A stretch of 64,000 nt of DNA from Candidatus Dojkabacteria bacterium. GTDB taxonomy: Bacteria; Patescibacteriota; Dojkabacteria; J137. Of the stretch, positions 9,295 through 18,046 are shown in pieces (within the stretch, counting starts at the first letter, position 1; every line of letters starts with the position of its first letter). The translations under genes and the position numbers were made by a program. The DNA lies in the NCBI GenBank assembly GCA_025993875.1, contig JAMQHH010000013.1, forward strand, positions 8,459 to 72,458. Reading direction: 5' to 3'. Under the pieces are notes generated by a model. That model searched no databases, was not told the origin of the DNA, and saw nothing but the letters and a program-made list of their open reading frames with translations.

Positions 9295-9720
9295 TTATTT
9301 AATAACTTCTACACCTAAGCTTTTAGCTGTTCCTTCTACAATTTTCAAAGCAGATTCTGGGTTAACTGTATTTAAATCCGGCATTTTCTTTTTGGCAATT
9401 TCTTCTAAATCACTTATTTTTATCTTTCCTACCTTGTCTTTATTGGGAGTTCCAGAACCTTTGGCTAATTTAATTTTTTTCTTTATCATACCTGCAACTG
9501 TTGGTTGTTTTAAAACCATTTTATAAGTTCTGTCTTTAAAAACTGTAACAATTACAGGGATCTCATCTTCTCCCATTGCAGAAGTTTTTGCATTAAACTC
9601 CTGGCAAAACTGTTGGATAGGAATTCCATTTTGGCCTAAAACCGGTCCAATTGGTGGCGCGGGATTAGCTTTTCCAGCTGGAATTTGTAATTTTAAAACA
9701 TTTATTATCTCTTTTGCCAT
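9295..9720 (-). CDS. rplK: 50S ribosomal protein L11
   Basis: MAKEIINVLKLQIPAGKANPAPPIGPVLGQ, the canonical L11 N-terminus. Confidence 0.95.
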   Translation of the reverse strand: MAKEIINVLKLQIPAGKANPAPPIGPVLGQNGIPIQQFCQEFNAKTSAMGEDEIPVIVTVFKDRTYKMVLKQPTVAGMIKKKIKLAKGSGTPNKDKVGKIKISDLEEIAKKKMPDLNTVNPESALKIVEGTAKSLGVEVIK

Positions 9721-9730
9721 ATATTATTAA

Positions 9731-10297
9731 TTAAATTTTATTTACTTGTAAAAAATCTAAAACTACCGGAGTTTCTCTATCAAAAATCGAAAGTAAAACA
9801 GTTACCTGTCCTTTGGATTCGTTAATCTCTTGGATATTTCCTATAAAGTCTTTAAATGGTCCTTCTATAACCTTAACAGCATCTCCCACCGAAAATTTTG
9901 TATTAAAAATAGGAGTTTTTTGAACTTTTGTGTAAGCCAGAATACTTTCGGCCTGTTTTTCGCTTAAAGGAGAAAGGTATTTTGAATTTGAAGTCATTCC
10001 CACAAATCCCAAAATGCCATCGGTATTTCTTATTAAGTGGATAGCCTCGTCGGTTGGGTTCATTTTTACCAAAATGTACCCGGGGAAAATTCGCTCCTCT
10101 ATTGTATGTTTTTTTCCTTGTTTAATCACTACCTTTTCTTGTATCGGTACCAAAACCTCAGTAATAACCGACTCAAGATTATTAGCTTTTATTCGCTGTT
10201 CCAAAAGTAAGGCAGTCCTTTTCTCTTTTGTAGAGGTGCTGCTTATAATGTACCATTTTTGTTCTATTTTATTTTCTACACTATTAGTATTATCCAT
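9731..10297 (-). CDS. nusG: Transcription antitermination/elongation factor NusG
   Basis: An NGN domain (KWYIISSTSTKEK...) plus a C-terminal KOW (VGDAVKVIEGPFKDFIGNIQEI). Confidence 0.9.
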   Translation of the reverse strand: MDNTNSVENKIEQKWYIISSTSTKEKRTALLLEQRIKANNLESVITEVLVPIQEKVVIKQGKKHTIEERIFPGYILVKMNPTDEAIHLIRNTDGILGFVGMTSNSKYLSPLSEKQAESILAYTKVQKTPIFNTKFSVGDAVKVIEGPFKDFIGNIQEINESKGQVTVLLSIFDRETPVVLDFLQVNKI

Positions 10298-10306
10298 TTG
10301 AGTTTT

Positions 10307-10531
10307 TTAAATCCCAAATAATATAAAATTTCTGGCCGAAACAAGTATCTGATCCGCCAAAAGTAAAAAGATAGTTCCTGCTCCCAAAATTATTAGCATT
10401 AAAAAAGCATATCTTAATGTTTTTCCTCTAGAAAGCCATTCTACAAATTTCAATTCTTTAAGAACACTCTTTGCTCCCAAAATTACTAAACTTGGTAAAG
10501 AGATTATTTTTTTTACAATATTTCTTATCAT
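10307..10531 (-). CDS. secE: Preprotein translocase subunit SecE
   Basis: A 74-aa single-TM protein immediately upstream of nusG, with a SecE-like C-terminal TM. Confidence 0.7.
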   Translation of the reverse strand: MIRNIVKKIISLPSLVILGAKSVLKELKFVEWLSRGKTLRYAFLMLIILGAGTIFLLLADQILVSARNFILFGI

Positions 10532-10564
10532 TTTCTTTTTACTGATTTACTATTCAGAGCCACT

Positions 10565-10635
10565 AGGACTCGAACCCAGGCGAAGGGTTTTGGAGACCCT
10601 CATGCTACCACTACATCATGGCTCTACATTGCTTA
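10565..10635 (-). tRNA. tRNA-Trp (anticodon CCA)
   Basis: The reverse complement AGAGCCATGATGTAGTGGTAGCATGAGGGTCTCCAAAACCC...TGGCTCT folds as a cloverleaf with anticodon loop CTCCAAA. It occupies the classical tRNA-Trp position before secE. Confidence 0.8.
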
Positions 10636-10650
10636 CAAACAATTTTAACA

Positions 10651-10839
10651 TTACTTGGCCACTTTTTTTGTTATTTTAAAAGCAACATGCTTTTTAAGCT
10701 TTCGGCTGTATTTCATTATGCTTTTGTCTGTTAATTTCTCAAAAGCGTTTTTTGTTAACCGAATTGTGTAATGCTCGCCTGTTTCCGAATTGTAAAACCT
10801 AAAAACATTTCCTTTTTTCTTTTTACCCGATTTGGCCAT
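10651..10839 (-). CDS. rpmG: 50S ribosomal protein L33
   Basis: A 62-aa basic protein in the rpmG-secE-nusG context, with an L33-like central motif (YTIRLTKN ... KYSRKLKKH). Confidence 0.7.
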   Translation of the reverse strand: MAKSGKKKKGNVFRFYNSETGEHYTIRLTKNAFEKLTDKSIMKYSRKLKKHVAFKITKKVAK

Positions 10840-11008
10840 ATCCCTGTTTACTTAAATAAAATTTAAATCCGAAACCGAACAAAACCTAATCAATGTCGGC
10901 CGAATTTAGCAAACAATTATATCTTTAACTATAAATAATTTCAATGCTTTTTTTGCCCGGCTTTTATATGCTGAGATAAAGTTGCTTTAAAACATATCAT
11001 CTATCGGA

Positions 11009-11899
11009 TTATGGGTAAATTATATATTTGCTGCTGTATTTGGTTAATTTTTCTACTTTTATCGTTAAATTACCAGAAATATCTGTTCTAAAAATTGAGA
11101 CATTGTGAGCGGTAAGTTTTTCGAGTACCTCGTTGGAAGGGTGATTATAGCTGTTATTCTTGCCGGCCGAGATTATAGAATCTTCTGGACGTATTAACTG
11201 TAAAAAGGAGTTACTGGTCGAAAACTTGCTTCCATGGTGGCTTATTTTCAATACATTAATATCCTGGTTTATGTTTTTCGCCAATGTTTCTTCTTCCTGG
11301 GTAGGTAAGTCGCCCATAGCCAGCAATTTAAACCCGCAGTATTCAACCAGTATAGAAATAGAACTGTTGTTAGATTTACCTGTCTCTTCAGACATATTCG
11401 GAGGCCATAAAATTTTAAGTATTACTTCGTCGAGTATAATTTCCGCACCCTTACTAACCGCAAAATTAACGATTTTATGTGCTGCAATTTTTTCTTTTAG
11501 CTTTAACCAAGGCCCTTTTTTTTCTAGGCTCTTGTTTATAAAGATTGATTTAATCTGACAATAATCAATTAAATCTATAAAACCTTCGATATGGTCTTTG
11601 TCTGAGTGAGTAGCAACTGCTAAATCAATACTGCATTTTCTTCCCTCAAATAACTCACCAATTTTTTGAGATATTAAATTTCCCGATCCTGCATCAACTA
11701 AAACAGTTTTGTTAGTCGGGGTTCTTATAAAAAGTGAATCCCCCTGCCCAATATCAATTGCCGTAATCACTAAATTATCATTTATCAATGACCTTAAGTC
11801 GAGGGAAAGATGGTTTAGCAGTGGCACCAAGATAGCTGTAACAACAATTGCTAATTTGCTAAGAAGTTTTAAATTTGATGAGATTTTTTTTAGCTTCAT
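11009..11899 (-). CDS. ComEC/Rec2 C-terminal metallo-beta-lactamase domain protein (separate ORF with its own N-terminal TM)
   Basis: MBL motifs are present: IDIGQGDS, HSDKDHIEG, and ISHHGS with the terminal NHPSNEVL typical of the ComEC MBL domain. It overlaps the upstream ORF by 41 nt in another frame. Confidence 0.8.
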   Translation of the reverse strand: MKLKKISSNLKLLSKLAIVVTAILVPLLNHLSLDLRSLINDNLVITAIDIGQGDSLFIRTPTNKTVLVDAGSGNLISQKIGELFEGRKCSIDLAVATHSDKDHIEGFIDLIDYCQIKSIFINKSLEKKGPWLKLKEKIAAHKIVNFAVSKGAEIILDEVILKILWPPNMSEETGKSNNSSISILVEYCGFKLLAMGDLPTQEEETLAKNINQDINVLKISHHGSKFSTSNSFLQLIRPEDSIISAGKNNSYNHPSNEVLEKLTAHNVSIFRTDISGNLTIKVEKLTKYSSKYIIYP

Positions 11900-13307
11900 T
11901 TCTATTTAAGGCTAAAACAAGTAAAGAAATAAAAATTATAATAATAAGAATTACAATGCTTTTACTTTTGCTAAATTCAAGATCAGAAACAATCTCGGCA
12001 ACTTTAATTACTAACTTAACTAAAAGATTAATCCAAAAAAATATAATGTTGTTTACTAAATCGAATCCTATAAAATCTGCAAGTATACTGATTAGAGATG
12101 CAACTGTTATAAAAGGTAAAAGTGGCAAAACAACAATATTTGTAAGAATTCCTAAAACGGAAAATTCCCCGAAAACTTTGTAAGTAAGAGGAAGTGTAAA
12201 TACGTTAATAGCAGATGTAGTTACAATAATGGACTTAAGGCTATCCCAAAGATTACTTTGAATTTCGTTAGAACTAGTAAATGCTGCAATGCTAATAGTT
12301 GCCCCAATACTTAGTAAAAAACTGACGTTGATAAGAGCATAAGGGAAAAGAATTAGAAAAAGGAACACCACAACTGAAAAGATATCTAATTTAGATATCT
12401 TTCTACCAAAAAACAATGCTACTGAGAAAACAGATAACATTAGCATAGCTCTTAGTGCTGGGAGATTGTGAACGCCAACCAGAAAAAAGTAGAAGGTACA
12501 AGATGATAATGAAAATATCAGATTGATTCTTCTGTTAGTAAATATAAAAACCGAATTAAGAAGGGAGAAAATTAACGAAAAATTAAACCCCGAAACAGAG
12601 ATAATATGGGAGATTCCAGAGTTTTTGAATATCTCTAACATATTTTTATTCATAGCAGAATCCTTTCCAAGTAATATCCCATTAATAAGATCTGAATTTG
12701 GTGGATATAGATATTTTTTAAAAATACCAAAAAGTCTTTCCTTAATATTGCTAATAAAACTAAATGGAGTTTTTTCTAGTTCAACAATTTGTTCTGCCTT
12801 AAAATATCGATTAATTCCCCGGCTTTTTAGATATGAAATATAATCAAAATCGCTTCTGTTTATTATCTCTTTGTATCTTCCATATAAAGTAATTTTATCC
12901 CAGTTATTAATAACAGGGTATGTTGGAAGCTCCACCAGGATATTTATTCCCAATTTATAGGTAATTACTGCCTCGGCAGCATATTCGTTGTTAGTTACTT
13001 CCATAACAATTCCACTTATCTTCTCATATCTCTCTAAGCCAGTAGAATTAAAGTTGTAGCTACTATCAATTAATAACATACTTGTAAAACCTACCACTGT
13101 ACCAGTTAATATAAAAATCGCACTTTTTATTAATTTTCTTTTTAAAAAGGGAAAAAATATTATTAAAAGAAGTGGGTTTTTAAAAAATAAAAGATTTCCC
13201 GAAACTACACCTAGTATAAATAGGGTAGGGTACTTTTCTTTGGCTTTTAGTAATCCATCCAAAAATTTATGCTGTAGGGATTTAATAAAAATCAAAATAG
13301 CTATCAT
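11859..13307 (-). CDS. comEC: ComEC/Rec2 DNA-internalisation channel, membrane 'competence' domain portion
   Basis: Polytopic membrane protein with the ComEC competence-domain signature (SGISHIISVSGFNFSLIF). Confidence 0.8.
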   Translation of the reverse strand: MIAILIFIKSLQHKFLDGLLKAKEKYPTLFILGVVSGNLLFFKNPLLLIIFFPFLKRKLIKSAIFILTGTVVGFTSMLLIDSSYNFNSTGLERYEKISGIVMEVTNNEYAAEAVITYKLGINILVELPTYPVINNWDKITLYGRYKEIINRSDFDYISYLKSRGINRYFKAEQIVELEKTPFSFISNIKERLFGIFKKYLYPPNSDLINGILLGKDSAMNKNMLEIFKNSGISHIISVSGFNFSLIFSLLNSVFIFTNRRINLIFSLSSCTFYFFLVGVHNLPALRAMLMLSVFSVALFFGRKISKLDIFSVVVFLFLILFPYALINVSFLLSIGATISIAAFTSSNEIQSNLWDSLKSIIVTTSAINVFTLPLTYKVFGEFSVLGILTNIVVLPLLPFITVASLISILADFIGFDLVNNIIFFWINLLVKLVIKVAEIVSDLEFSKSKSIVILIIIIFISLLVLALNRNEAKKNLIKFKTS

Positions 13308-13867
13308 ATTTTTACTAGCTCTTTTATTTTTCCATATATTGATTCTCCTATGCCTGATACATCGAGCAAATCTTGTATTGACTCATAAGGTCTGCTATTT
13401 ATTATTTCTTCTGCTAGAGATGGACCTATGCCGGGTAAAGTTTCAATTAAGGCTTTATCGGCAGTGTTTATATTTATTAACGTAGTAACTGTATTGGTGA
13501 TTGAATTCTCTTTTGGAATCTCCGGGAAAAAATATTTTTCCTCATCTTTAAGTTTTGCAGCCAAATTTACATTTTGAGCTATGTGTAGATAATCGGCGTT
13601 TTCGGAAAATCCACCCGCTCGATTGACCAAATTTATCAACCGTTCTCCTTCAAAAATTTGGTACACTCCAGGTCTATTTACTGCGCCGGATACATAGACA
13701 AATTGGTGAAAAATATAATCTTCAATAATATTGTCTGTGGGGTAAGAAAATGGAAGAGACAATTTATCACTTTCAATATTAAAAATATTAAAAATCGAAA
13801 TTAGCACTAGACATAAAATTACAAAAAGTTGGGTAGCAAACAAAAGTTTGTTTTTCATCTTCGACAA
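13304..13867 (-). CDS. comEA: Competence protein ComEA (SLBB + helix-hairpin-helix DNA-binding receptor)
   Basis: An N-terminal TM, an SLBB-like region (GAVNRPGVYQI), and C-terminal tandem HhH (INTADKALIETLPGIGPSLAEEII). It overlaps the comEC start by 4 nt. Confidence 0.85.
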   Translation of the reverse strand: MSKMKNKLLFATQLFVILCLVLISIFNIFNIESDKLSLPFSYPTDNIIEDYIFHQFVYVSGAVNRPGVYQIFEGERLINLVNRAGGFSENADYLHIAQNVNLAAKLKDEEKYFFPEIPKENSITNTVTTLININTADKALIETLPGIGPSLAEEIINSRPYESIQDLLDVSGIGESIYGKIKELVKI

Positions 13868-13880
13868 AAAGGGGAATATC

Positions 13881-14642
13881 TTACTTCTGGGATGTAACTA
13901 TCCTGACCTTATTTATAATAATATTTATAATTGGTCTGGGGTTATTTGGATCGGTAGAATTAAGTTCTACCTTATTTATTTTATCAATTATATCAAATCC
14001 TGAAAAAATTTTCCCTATAACGGTGAATCGTCCGTTTAGATAGTCTATGCGGGCATCATCAAAACTTGCTGTTACTATAAAAAATTGCGAACCGTTAGTA
14101 TCTGCTCCGTCATTTGCCATTGCTACACTATACCTATCTAATTTTTCGCTAACAATATCTGTATCGGATTTAAATCCTAGCCCTTCAAGCTCCTTTTTTT
14201 TACTTTCACCTATCAAAATGCTTTCCCAATTAATTTCGTCTTCAGTAAAATATCCTGGAAACCCTCTACCGTCATTAGAAAGATCCGAATCGACTGAGTT
14301 TCTATCTCCTCCCTGAAACAGTAAATTAGGAATAACTCTGTGTACAAGAGTAGAATTGTAGTAACCAAGATTTGCCAAGTAAACAAAATTGTTAACGTTT
14401 TTTGGGGAATTTTCCTCAAAAAGATCTATTACAACTGTTCCAAGGTTTGTTTCAAGTTCTGCCTTATAATTGAGCTTGGTGTCCAACGAAAAAGAAGGAT
14501 TGGGTAATCGACTCCACTTATCAACTGTATTAAATCCTGAAAAAACAAATGGCACAAAATCTCTTGCAAAGACTAAAAGCACGCCAAACATTATAATTAC
14601 TCCAACAAGATAAATTGCTATATTTGTATTGCCTTTAAACAT
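13881..14642 (-). CDS. Membrane-anchored cyclophilin-type peptidyl-prolyl cis-trans isomerase
   Basis: N-terminal TM, then cyclophilin motifs (HRVIPNLLFQGGD, GSQFFIVT). Confidence 0.8.
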   Translation of the reverse strand: MFKGNTNIAIYLVGVIIMFGVLLVFARDFVPFVFSGFNTVDKWSRLPNPSFSLDTKLNYKAELETNLGTVVIDLFEENSPKNVNNFVYLANLGYYNSTLVHRVIPNLLFQGGDRNSVDSDLSNDGRGFPGYFTEDEINWESILIGESKKKELEGLGFKSDTDIVSEKLDRYSVAMANDGADTNGSQFFIVTASFDDARIDYLNGRFTVIGKIFSGFDIIDKINKVELNSTDPNNPRPIINIIINKVRIVTSQK

Positions 14643-14795
14643 AATTTTTATAATTTACCAGTTCTACAAATTATTATAGCTTATTTTGTATTTGAGTTTT
14701 AGTAGTTAAGTTAGAATAACAAAAAGAATTATTTTGTAAAGTACACCAATAATTACTTAAAGATAAATAACTTTAGCAAATTTTTTAATTTAATC

Positions 14796-15575
14796 TTGTA
14801 TATGATACAATTACCACCAAATAATCGTAAGAAAATATATCTCCCAAAACATTCTATAGATGGAGCTTTTCTAAAGCTTTTTCTTATATATTTTTTGAAA
14901 TATTTAACATTTCTAGCAATAATTATTTTTGGATCTCCATTTTTTGTATGGTTTTACGTAGGAGATAATGCGCTTATGGGTTCCAGTATAAATTTTTTGG
15001 GAGCGGGGTCTTTTTATTTCTTTACCTGGATAATATTTATTTTAGTTTCGTTAAATATTTTAACTGCGAAACTTTTTGCTTTACATTATAGTGACAGAAA
15101 GGGAGCAGATATCAAGACATTGGTGTTATTGATCGAAACAATTCTACAAGGAATTATCATTACTTTGGCAACTCAATTGTATTATAGTAAATTTGGATCA
15201 CTTAGTAATTTTATAGTACTATGGGGATATAATTGGCTTGCTTACCTAATAATTGTTTTGTTTTTTATAACTATTTTCAATGCCACCTATAAAAGAAAAA
15301 ATTTGCTTCCATTTTCTTTGCTAATAATTTTTGTTTTGTTTATTGAGTATTTTGGATCAAAATATTTTTCCTTAAATCGGGGCTTTTTTATTATGGCTTG
15401 TTTTACAGTAATGGGGCCATTAGGAATTATTAAGTACTGGAAGACGCTAAGGCTTGCTTTATCTCAAAAAAAAATTTACCTTGGGGTTCTTTCCTATACG
15501 TTAATCTCGATTATTTTAATTGCAATAATTCTTATTATATTTAATACCTCCTACGTAAGCCCGCCTCGTGGCTGA
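14796..15575 (+). CDS. Hypothetical polytopic membrane protein
   Basis: A 259-aa ORF with six or more hydrophobic segments. I recognise no family. Confidence 0.4.
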   Translation: MYMIQLPPNNRKKIYLPKHSIDGAFLKLFLIYFLKYLTFLAIIIFGSPFFVWFYVGDNALMGSSINFLGAGSFYFFTWIIFILVSLNILTAKLFALHYSDRKGADIKTLVLLIETILQGIIITLATQLYYSKFGSLSNFIVLWGYNWLAYLIIVLFFITIFNATYKRKNLLPFSLLIIFVLFIEYFGSKYFSLNRGFFIMACFTVMGPLGIIKYWKTLRLALSQKKIYLGVLSYTLISIILIAIILIIFNTSYVSPPRG

Positions 15576-15579
15576 AACA

Positions 15580-16311
15580 CTATCTCAAATTGTTGCTCAT
15601 AGCTTTCTGTTTTTGCCTTAAACTTTCGAACATAATAACCGAAGCAGCTACACTCATGTTTAGTGAGTTCACTTTGCCAAACTGGGGAATTTCTACTACA
15701 GAATCACAATTATTTCTAACATTTTCTGATAATGATTTATCTTCGCCACCTATTATAAAAAGAGAAGGAAAGCTAAGCTCCTCATTATAGTATTTTTTCC
15801 CATCTCGTTCTATGCCAATAATTTTAAACCCATTCTTTTTAAAATATCTTATTGCCTGAAAAATTGATTCTTTACAAACAGGAATATGGAAAATACTACC
15901 AGCAGAACTTTTAGCAACAGTTGGAGTTATAGAAACATCGTTAGGTACTATTACTCCCCCAAAACCCGCACATTCAGCCGATCTTATAATAGCGCCAAGG
16001 TTGTGTTCAAATGCAAGCTCGTATATATAGATGTAATTTTTATTAAAATCTTTAACAACCTCATTAAGCTTAGTACTCCAAAATAACTGTACTTTGGCAC
16101 ATACTCCTTGGTGCTCGTCGCTATGTGTTAGAGATTTGATTTTTTTTCGGGAGATAAATTTGTAAGGTAAATTCCTTTTTTTAGCCAAAGAAATTATATC
16201 CAAAATTTTCTGAGAGTTATTAGATGATAAAGATTCTTCTAAAAAAATGTCACTTACACAGCTTGAAGATTTTAGGGCTTCTACTAGTATGTTACGACCA
16301 TAAACGATCAT
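15580..16311 (-). CDS. TrmH/SpoU-family RNA 2'-O-methyltransferase (RlmB-like)
   Basis: An N-terminal substrate-binding subdomain plus a SPOUT core (LGAIIRSAECAGFGGVIV ... IGIE ... GGEDKSLSENV). Confidence 0.8.
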   Translation of the reverse strand: MIVYGRNILVEALKSSSCVSDIFLEESLSSNNSQKILDIISLAKKRNLPYKFISRKKIKSLTHSDEHQGVCAKVQLFWSTKLNEVVKDFNKNYIYIYELAFEHNLGAIIRSAECAGFGGVIVPNDVSITPTVAKSSAGSIFHIPVCKESIFQAIRYFKKNGFKIIGIERDGKKYYNEELSFPSLFIIGGEDKSLSENVRNNCDSVVEIPQFGKVNSLNMSVAASVIMFESLRQKQKAMSNNLR

Positions 16312-16352
16312 AATTGCTTAATTCACACTAAATAATCAAAGATTATTATATA

Positions 16353-16586
16353 CTAATCTGCTTTTGCCATCTGCCTAAGTTTTTTATATGCTTTCATAGA
16401 GACCTTTATTCTTTTGGATTGACCATTTATCTCTACTTTAACCTTTCTTAGGTTTGGTTTCCATTTTCGATTAGTATTTGGTGCTTTGAAAGACCACATA
16501 CCTCCACCACCAGAGGATCCCCTGGCATGTTTTTTGTTGCCTCCAAAAGAAGTTTTTTTACCTGTTATTTCGCACTTTCTTGCCAT
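16353..16586 (-). CDS. rpmB: 50S ribosomal protein L28
   Basis: MARKCEITGKKTSFGGN...SHA..., L28-like with a Gly-rich loop. Confidence 0.8.
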   Translation of the reverse strand: MARKCEITGKKTSFGGNKKHARGSSGGGGMWSFKAPNTNRKWKPNLRKVKVEINGQSKRIKVSMKAYKKLRQMAKAD

Positions 16587-16689
16587 AAATTGATAATAAT
16601 TTGATTAATGCCTTTGTATTTTAAAATATTATCGGTTTTTTTGCAAAGGTATTATTAATTTTGCTATACTTACATGCAAAAAGCAGCCC

Positions 16690-16762
16690 GCCATTTTAGC
16701 TCAGTTGGTAGAGCAACTGTTTTGTAAACAGTAGGTCCTGGGTTCGAGTCCCAGAAATGGCT
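16690..16762 (+). tRNA. tRNA-Thr (anticodon TGT)
   Basis: Cloverleaf with acceptor GCCATTT/AAATGGC, anticodon stem ACTGT/ACAGT, loop TTTGTAA, and a TTCGAGT T-loop. Confidence 0.85.
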
Positions 16763-16765
16763 GTT

Positions 16766-16849
16766 CCGGAGATGGCGGAGTGGTCAATCGCACCTGACTG
16801 TAAATCAGGCGCCCTTAGGGCTTCGGAGGTTCAAATCCTTCTCTCCGGA
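16766..16849 (+). tRNA. tRNA-Tyr (anticodon GTA), class II with long variable arm
   Basis: Anticodon loop CTGTAAA, a long variable arm CGCCCTTAGGGC, and a TTCAAAT T-loop. The acceptor is CCGGAGA/TCTCCGG. Confidence 0.75.
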
Positions 16850-16859
16850 TATATTTTTA

Positions 16860-16932
16860 GCCGCTGTAGCTCAGCTGGTAGAGCACACCCATGGTAAGGG
16901 TGGGGTCTGCGGTTCAAGTCCGCATAGCGGCT
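16860..16932 (+). tRNA. tRNA-Thr (anticodon GGT)
   Basis: Acceptor GCCGCTG / (T)AGCGGC, anticodon stem CACCC/GGGTG, loop ATGGTAA, and a TTCAAGT T-loop. Confidence 0.85.
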
Positions 16933-16990
16933 TTCTTGCAAATTTTAAGCCTCAGATATTTAGTATAATAAGTAAGTTAACCTAAGAATA

Positions 16991-18046
16991 TTGAAAACTC
17001 TTTCACAAATAATACAAGGTCTTTTTAGAGATATTGCAATCGATATAGGCACCACAAATATTAGATCATATCTAAAAAATAGCCCAGAAATTAGATCTGA
17101 ACCTGCAATTGTTGCCATTAATAATTCTACAGGGCAAATACTTGCGGTAGGGCAAAGCGCAAAAGAGATGCAAGGTAAAAACCCTTCAAATATTAATATT
17201 GTGCAACCACTAAAACACGGTGTTGTCTCGGATTTTAATGCTACCGAATCTTTAATACACTATACTTTGGAGAAATTGAAAGATGGGTTTACTCTTTTTG
17301 ACCATCTTTTGGGAGGAAGAGTTACTATCGGTGTGCCATCCGTAATCACAGAGGTAGAGATAAATGCTTTAGTCGATTCTGCTAAATCTGCCGGGGCAAG
17401 AATTGTAAAAGTTGTTGAGCAACCAATGGCTGCCGCTGCAGGAAACGATTTACCTATAGGCGGTAACAATGCCTTAATGGTGGTGGATATAGGAGGAGGC
17501 ACTACAGACATAGCTATTATAGCTATGAACTCAATTATAATTGATAATACAGTAAAAATCGGCGGGGAAACATTTGACGAGGCTATTATCTCTTACGTAA
17601 AAAGTAAATATAATTTACTTATAGGCAAAAGTTCGGCAGAGCAGGTTAAAATTACCCTGGCTACTGCAATTCCTCCTAAAAAAGAGGAAGAACTGGAAAT
17701 AAAGGGGCAAGATATAATTTCCGGCTTACCTAAAACTTTAAAAATTACAAATTCCGAGGTGTACGCTGCTATATTCGAAACGCTGTCTAATATTGCCAAT
17801 TCAGTAAAGGAGGCAGTAGAGAAAGCTCCTCCGGAGATCTTTCCCGATATAATCGACTCCGGTATTTTACTAACAGGTGGGTGCAGCCAAATAAAAGGAA
17901 TAAAAGAATTTTTACAAAACTTCCTAAATATTAAGGTTTCTGTAAGCAACTCGCACTCAAATTCTGTAATGCTTGGCTTAAAAAAAATTATTTTAGACAA
18001 AGCATTATTAGAAAAAATATGTATTAAAGACTTTATCTTAAAGTGA
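16991..18046 (+). CDS. mreB: Rod-shape determining actin-like protein MreB (paralog 2, adjacent to PBP2)
   Basis: IAIDIGTTNI phosphate-1, EPAIVAIN, VVDIGGGTTDIAII phosphate-2, and LTGGCSQIKG. It sits directly upstream of a PBP2 gene, overlapping by 4 nt. Confidence 0.85.
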   Translation: MKTLSQIIQGLFRDIAIDIGTTNIRSYLKNSPEIRSEPAIVAINNSTGQILAVGQSAKEMQGKNPSNINIVQPLKHGVVSDFNATESLIHYTLEKLKDGFTLFDHLLGGRVTIGVPSVITEVEINALVDSAKSAGARIVKVVEQPMAAAAGNDLPIGGNNALMVVDIGGGTTDIAIIAMNSIIIDNTVKIGGETFDEAIISYVKSKYNLLIGKSSAEQVKITLATAIPPKKEEELEIKGQDIISGLPKTLKITNSEVYAAIFETLSNIANSVKEAVEKAPPEIFPDIIDSGILLTGGCSQIKGIKEFLQNFLNIKVSVSNSHSNSVMLGLKKIILDKALLEKICIKDFILK

